Of a DNA stretch of 64,000 nt, positions 59,046 through 64,000 are shown in pieces; the first letter of the stretch is position 1; the number at the start of each line of letters is the position of its first letter. The DNA is from Candidatus Thorarchaeota archaeon (GTDB lineage: Archaea > Asgardarchaeota > Thorarchaeia > Thorarchaeales > Thorarchaeaceae): NCBI GenBank assembly GCA_004524445.1, contig SDNP01000001.1:1-64000 (forward strand). Direction: 5' to 3'. A program made the position numbers and the translations under genes. Under the pieces are notes generated by a model. It searched no databases, was not told where the DNA came from, and saw only the letters and a program-made list of their open reading frames with translations.

Positions 59046-59944
59046 TGGTTTTGCAGTGCCTTTTCAAGAAATGGATTAGTATTGATGACATGCTTATGTA
59101 GACCCAAGCTCTCTGGATCCAAACCAAGCGCCAGACCAAGTAGTTGTGTATAATATATGACAGGAATTTGGTATTTCTTCTCGCCCAGCTCTTTGTTCAG
59201 TTGCGCCTGTGATGCCTCATATTGAAGATGACAGAATGAACATACGTTGACCAAGCAGTCAACACCTTCGTCAATCAGTATATCCAGCTTATCTTTTGCA
59301 ATGTCCACTGAAACAGGAACATTGCTACCTCTCACGCCACCGCCAGCACCACAACAGATGTACTTGTCGCGATATTTGATGCTCTCCGCTCCCGTCGCCT
59401 CAACAAGCTCGTCCAGAAAGACATGCCGGTATTTACTCTCCCAAGGACGAAGCTTGCTAGGTTTCAATAGATGACAGCCATAATGTACTGCCGCCCTGAT
59501 ATTCTCTAGCGGATGAGTTACGAGCTCTCTAATTTGCTCATGTCCGATTTCATAAATCAGTTCAATAAGATGCCTGGCTTCAACTTTGGCACGATACTTG
59601 AGGCCAATTTCCTTCAGATGTTTTTGCACTTCATCGAGGCGTTTAGGTTGATCACGGACAATATGAAGTGCTTCCTTGAATGTACCATAGCAACCATTGC
59701 ATCCAGTTACAATATCGTGACCGGCGTTTTCAGCCAATGCTAGATTTCGAGATGCCAAAGCCAACCACGTTGGTTCGTTGAATGACCTTATGACCCCTGG
59801 AGCTGGGCAACAGCTTGCTCCCTCTAGCTCTTCTAGTTCGATACCAAGATGAGGAAGGACCGTTCTGATGCTCTTCTCGATATTTGGGAATCTGTTCGGC
59901 ATTACACACCCCAAGAAGAATGAATATGTTTGCCTCTCTGACAT
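59042..59944 (-). CDS. hdrB: Heterodisulfide reductase subunit B (copy 1)
   Basis: FLGC, CCPAPG, GCNGC, HYGCH, CCGAGGG, CSFCHLQ CCG domains. Confidence 0.93.
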   Translation of the reverse strand: MSERQTYSFFLGCVMPNRFPNIEKSIRTVLPHLGIELEELEGASCCPAPGVIRSFNEPTWLALASRNLALAENAGHDIVTGCNGCYGTFKEALHIVRDQPKRLDEVQKHLKEIGLKYRAKVEARHLIELIYEIGHEQIRELVTHPLENIRAAVHYGCHLLKPSKLRPWESKYRHVFLDELVEATGAESIKYRDKYICCGAGGGVRGSNVPVSVDIAKDKLDILIDEGVDCLVNVCSFCHLQYEASQAQLNKELGEKKYQIPVIYYTQLLGLALGLDPESLGLHKHVINTNPFLEKALQNH

Positions 59945-59947
59945 CTA

Positions 59948-60493
59948 TTACTCCTCCCTGCCTTGACGCTCAATCAACTTCTTGAAGCCGGTTATGTCCA
60001 TGAGTTTCTGTACATCTTTCAATGCCTTTCTGTGAGAATGGACTGTTTCGGGGACCTCGTCCAGTCCCAATTCCTTTCTCATCTCTTGATTAGCATCATC
60101 CAAGGGGACTGCGTGTCCTGTATCCAATAGCTTCTGCGAGACTTTCTTATGTTGTGGAAGCATATATCCCTCTTGGACAGCCATATTCCGCATAATGATT
60201 ATTGCATCTGTGACCTTGATCTGTCTGGGGCACCTCTCAAGACATGTCAGACAAGTTGAACATAACCATAGGTCTGGACTAGATAATACCTCATCCTTCA
60301 AGCCCAAAATTGCCTTCCTCATCAACTCCCTCGTTCTGAATGCAGTTCTCCGGCCACTTGGGCAAACACTTGAGCAAGTTCCACACTGAATGCATGTCTT
60401 GATTCTATCTGCTCCAGCATCAACCACTCTGTCCACAAAATCAGGGTCAAATCTATCGGAGTCGATTGATTGGCGTTTGATCGAGTCGGTCAT
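59948..60493 (-). CDS. hdrC: Heterodisulfide reductase subunit C (copy 1)
   Basis: CIQCGTCSSVCPSG, WLCSTCLTCLERCPR, GHAVP. Confidence 0.93.
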   Translation of the reverse strand: MTDSIKRQSIDSDRFDPDFVDRVVDAGADRIKTCIQCGTCSSVCPSGRRTAFRTRELMRKAILGLKDEVLSSPDLWLCSTCLTCLERCPRQIKVTDAIIIMRNMAVQEGYMLPQHKKVSQKLLDTGHAVPLDDANQEMRKELGLDEVPETVHSHRKALKDVQKLMDITGFKKLIERQGREE

Positions 60494-60586
60494 TGGAAAT
60501 CCTCAGACTGCCTTTTCGATACCGGCCCAGACGTAAAGAGTGTTATAAGAATGGTGCTTATGACAAAACAGCTATTGATAAAATTC

Positions 60587-61654
60587 CTAATCGTAGGCAT
60601 ATTTTGCATTAGATAGAAGGGCTCGGTTTCCAATCCTGACATTGGTCAATCCTGAATCCTTTGCAACACATAACGCAATATCAGCATGTTTCTTATTTGT
60701 TCGTGGCAAATCCCTCATGTGAAGATGAGGCATAAATCCTAGGAGTGCTGTTGGAATAGTTTCATCGAGAGATGCAATGAACTCTGTCAATTTCCGCACC
60801 TCGCTTGCTCCAATATATCCCGGAATGAGAAGGATACTAGCAACTAAGAATTCACCTTCACGGTCCCTACCTATCTGAGCAAGCCTTCTGAAATTCCTGA
60901 TTACTGTGGTGTTAGATACACCAGTTAGGGCTGTATATAGGCTGGGAGTCATAGCCTTGAGGTCAATCTTTATCGTACCACCAGAGCCTCTGACAATGTC
61001 TGCTATGTTTTGTAGGTGTTTTCCTGAAATATTTCCATTTGATTCGTAGCAGACAGCTATATCCCCCTTTTCCAGCAGAAGTTGTGCTGTCTTCAGTGAA
61101 TGCTGCGGATTGCAGGAGGGGTCGCCCCCAAAGAAGCAGATACAGGCTGTTCTGCTATCTGCTTTATCTGCAAGTTGTTCCGGACTCGATAGAGGTTCTC
61201 CCAGCTTCATCATTCTTCTATAGCTTTGATTTTGGCAGAAGAGGCAGTCCGAATTACAGGAGCCATAGAAGACAGCTAGGCTATTCATTCCAAATCCACA
61301 TCTACCTCTCACGGGACAGATCCAATCCGCGACACAATTTGTTGGCAATGGGTCAAAATACCACGTAACTGGTGCTTCATCCGAATACTTTCTGACCACT
61401 TCCGAATCAACGACCTCTCTTAGATGACAGAATCCTGTATCGTCTTCTGTCATCTTACAATGATTTCCACAGTCAGGACACACTACCTGTCCGTTCGAGG
61501 GAACTTCAGGAACCAAACCTGCTCGTGTCCGAGTTTCTCTATGTGCTACAACCGCCTTTTCTATAAGACGTGGGTTTCTAGAAATGCAAGAGCCGCAGTA
61601 CCCAATCGAAACTGATGCTAGCACACTATCTTTATCATGATTCGGGCATCTCAT
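60587..61654 (-). CDS. Radical SAM protein (PflA-like, archaeal type with N-terminal Cys clusters)
   Basis: CNSDCLFC (CxxxCxxC), FFGGDP, ESNG, IDLKA; start refined to ATG 61654. Confidence 0.88.
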   Translation of the reverse strand: MRCPNHDKDSVLASVSIGYCGSCISRNPRLIEKAVVAHRETRTRAGLVPEVPSNGQVVCPDCGNHCKMTEDDTGFCHLREVVDSEVVRKYSDEAPVTWYFDPLPTNCVADWICPVRGRCGFGMNSLAVFYGSCNSDCLFCQNQSYRRMMKLGEPLSSPEQLADKADSRTACICFFGGDPSCNPQHSLKTAQLLLEKGDIAVCYESNGNISGKHLQNIADIVRGSGGTIKIDLKAMTPSLYTALTGVSNTTVIRNFRRLAQIGRDREGEFLVASILLIPGYIGASEVRKLTEFIASLDETIPTALLGFMPHLHMRDLPRTNKKHADIALCVAKDSGLTNVRIGNRALLSNAKYAYD

Positions 61655-61772
61655 TAAATGAACTACTTCTCGAAACACAATGAATCTTGTCATTGTATGT
61701 GTCAAAAAAGGTTGATTTGACAATGGATTTAAGGCAAGATTCCAAGCGCAGACCCGTAGTCGGTGCATCAAT

Positions 61773-62324
61773 GTGACAACAGCCGAAGAGAAGTCAGCAA
61801 TATCAATTGATGATCTCAATTCTGACTTTGTTGAAATGGTCAAAAGAGCGGGCGGTCCGAACATACAGAGCTGCTACCAGTGTGGAACTTGCAGCGGCAG
61901 TTGTCCCGCTGGAGCACGGACAAATTTTCTAGTTCGTGGAATCATTCGAAAAGCACTGCTGGGACTAAAAGAAGAGTGTCTGACTGCACCAGAGCTTTGG
62001 TATTGTACTACTTGTTACACCTGTACCGACCGATGTCCGCAGGATGTGACGCCTACTGAGGTTATCAAGGCGATTCGCAATATCGCTGTAGCTGAGGGTC
62101 ACATGCTCGAACCACATCAGAAAGTCGCTCAAAAAGTCCTAGAGTCCGGTCATGCGGTACCCCTAGATAAAGACAGTTGGGCAAAATTACGAGAAAATGT
62201 TGGCCTACCAAGTAGACCTCCGAATGCCAGTACTCATCCTGAAGCCATTGAGGAGGTTCAGAAACTAGCTAAGAAGACGGGATTTGATATTCTCGTAGAA
62301 GATAAACCAGAGGATGAAGAGTGA
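61773..62324 (+). CDS. hdrC: Heterodisulfide reductase subunit C (copy 2)
   Basis: CYQCGTCSGSCPAG, WYCTTCYTCTDRCPQ, GHAVP. Confidence 0.93.
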   Translation: MTTAEEKSAISIDDLNSDFVEMVKRAGGPNIQSCYQCGTCSGSCPAGARTNFLVRGIIRKALLGLKEECLTAPELWYCTTCYTCTDRCPQDVTPTEVIKAIRNIAVAEGHMLEPHQKVAQKVLESGHAVPLDKDSWAKLRENVGLPSRPPNASTHPEAIEEVQKLAKKTGFDILVEDKPEDEE

Positions 62325-62327
62325 TTT

Positions 62328-63275
62328 TTGATGGCTAAGAAACCAAAATTCATGCATTTTTTGGGCTGCATAATCCCCCATAGATATCCAAGCATTCAGA
62401 AGGCAACGGAGCTGGTCTTTGAGGACTTAGATATGGAACTTCTGGATATGGAGTCAGCCACGTGTTGTCCTGCGCCTGGCGTATTCGGCTCATTCGACAA
62501 AGAAACATGGGCAACTATTGCGGCAAGAAATCTTACCATTGCAGAAGAGGCGAACGCTGCCATCACGACTGGTTGCAATGGCTGCTTTGCTAGTCTGTGG
62601 GATGCAAACCACGAGTTGAAGCATGATGATGAGCTACGAGCAAAAGTCAACGATAATCTTGCAGTGATTGGGCGTGAATTTAAAGGCACAATCGAAGTGA
62701 CCCATTACGTCGATGCGTTGGTAGACACTGCTGGTCTAGAGAAGATCCGAAAGCGAGTGACGAAACCGCTGGAAGGCGTTCGGATGGCACTCCACCCTGG
62801 TTGCCATTGGATGCGTCCCAAGGCTGTCAAACAGAAGGACGATTCGGAACGACCACACATCTTCCGAGAGCTCTGCGAAACGACTGGCGCCACGTATGTG
62901 CCATATAAAGATGAACTCATGTGTTGTGGTGCAGGTGGAGCAGTTAGGACTGCTGATATAGAGGTCGCTCTCGATTTCACGAAGCAGAAGTTCGATAGTA
63001 TTGAAGCGGCTGGAGGTGCTGACCTCATTGTTACACCTTGCCCATTTTGTGAATTGCAACTGGATTTGGGTCAAGTGGAGATTCAGAAGCATTTTGACAT
63101 TGAATACATCTATGATGTGCTTCATGTTACAGAACTACTTGCATTGGCTTTCGGACATGACCCAGATGAGTTTGGTCTAACAACACATCTCCAATATATG
63201 CAGCGAAAGAGTCAACCAAACTGGCAGAAAATTGGATTGCCTGAGATGCTTAAGACCACTGAGTCAGCAGACTAG
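62328..63275 (+). CDS. hdrB: Heterodisulfide reductase subunit B (copy 2)
   Basis: FLGC, CCPAPG, GCNGC, HPGCH, CCGAGG, CPFCELQ. Confidence 0.93.
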   Translation: MMAKKPKFMHFLGCIIPHRYPSIQKATELVFEDLDMELLDMESATCCPAPGVFGSFDKETWATIAARNLTIAEEANAAITTGCNGCFASLWDANHELKHDDELRAKVNDNLAVIGREFKGTIEVTHYVDALVDTAGLEKIRKRVTKPLEGVRMALHPGCHWMRPKAVKQKDDSERPHIFRELCETTGATYVPYKDELMCCGAGGAVRTADIEVALDFTKQKFDSIEAAGGADLIVTPCPFCELQLDLGQVEIQKHFDIEYIYDVLHVTELLALAFGHDPDEFGLTTHLQYMQRKSQPNWQKIGLPEMLKTTESAD

Positions 63276-63374
63276 ATGTTGCCTGCAACTAAACTCACTT
63301 GATATATTACTGTCTAGTTGACTCTTTACAATCTAACCATGTTTTGATAGGGTATGGGCAACAGTATTTGGTGT

Positions 63375-64000
63375 TCAGGGATTCTCGATGAGATGAACTA
63401 TATTTTCACGCCCTTCTTTGAATCGCTTGACCACTCCTCTCTCCTCAAGTCCTGTAAGAATCATACTGACCATGGACTGCGAAAGGTCTAGTTCTTCATA
63501 TATCACTCTTTGTGGACAAGTTCCATCTTTCTTCGCTATTAACCGAAGGATTTGCTCCTCATGTTTGGTTGACCCATTAACGGAATATACCTGCGGCTGA
63601 AAGCTGCGTATGAATTCTGGAATCCTTTGTAGAATCAAAACGGCAGTAGCTCCGCCGAAACCAGCCAGCAACAAGAACAAAGGCCAGTAGACCGAGTCTG
63701 AAGATCCCATCCTTATTGTCACAGGAACACCAAACTTCACAATAAAGACTCTCTCCTGACTAGGAAAAATTCGTTCTATTTTCCATGTGAAACCCATTGA
63801 CGTGCCATCTGTATAGTTTGCATCTGGTTTCGGGAACAGCGGTGTGGTCTGCTCACTGACCAATATGGCATGTCGCCGTAGGGCAAGCAAAAATGTTAGG
63901 TTACGATACTCGTTTACCGGTCTCAGATAGTATATCATCTGATACAGTTCCAGTGTCCCATTATCTCCCAATCCAACATTCTCTTCTAAAACACTGCTGG
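63375..64000 (-). CDS. Membrane-anchored protein with C-terminal MarR-like wHTH, partial (frame open to window end)
   Basis: TM then QILRLIAKKDG.CPQ..IYEELDLSQSMVSMILTGLEERGVVKR.KEGREN. Confidence 0.8.
   Translation of the reverse strand, partial: SSVLEENVGLGDNGTLELYQMIYYLRPVNEYRNLTFLLALRRHAILVSEQTTPLFPKPDANYTDGTSMGFTWKIERIFPSQERVFIVKFGVPVTIRMGSSDSVYWPLFLLLAGFGGATAVLILQRIPEFIRSFQPQVYSVNGSTKHEEQILRLIAKKDGTCPQRVIYEELDLSQSMVSMILTGLEERGVVKRFKEGRENIVHLIENP

Noticed and set aside
61655-61864. Radical SAM N-terminal extension overlapping hdrC2
   Set aside because: Spurious upstream start; plausible start is ATG 61654
60-63600. Numerous short antisense or alternate-frame ORFs in the track (e.g. 60-341, 25052-25558, 32085-32567)
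   Set aside because: Shadow ORFs of well-supported genes with no motifs
1-64000. CRISPR arrays, tRNA/rRNA, transposases, integrases, stop-codon reassignment
   Set aside because: No regularly spaced repeats, cloverleafs or recombinase motifs recognised by eye; TAA, TAG and TGA all end genes at expected positions

Overview
Gene-dense, moderate-GC prokaryotic chromosome segment with archaeal hallmarks (HdrBC, four-subunit KorDABC, Lrp/AsnC and membrane-anchored wHTH regulators, C-terminally anchored solute-binding protein, NosD-like and short LRR proteins). The overall gene style suggests an Asgard archaeon such as Thorarchaeia; this is inference and was not searched. Most of the window is peptide/amino-acid/fatty-acid catabolism: a lipoate-dependent 2-oxoacid dehydrogenase operon (E1a, E1b, E2, partial E3), subtilisin, peptide-binding protein, acyl-CoA ligase and dehydrogenase, 2-hydroxyacyl-CoA dehydratase plus activator, a split kor operon, and two divergent hdrCB pairs around a radical SAM gene. 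Housekeeping genes include ahcY, a short bacterial-type alaS and PiT/DUF47. The most unusual locus is 11.2-15.5 kb. An HTH/Cys regulator leads four closely coupled paralogous 2-TM + bacterial-PH-domain proteins, each ending in an MscL-like 'LxEIRDLL' helix, followed by an unannotated 31-aa TM peptide. Divergent from it, across a pair of palindromic operators, lies a collapsed ABC ATPase/permease chimera. Other points are a GC-rich double-hairpin sRNA candidate divergent from a Zn-finger/Regnase-like NYN RNase, several small unannotated ORFs and two disrupted genes. No rRNA, tRNA, CRISPR array or transposase was recognised.
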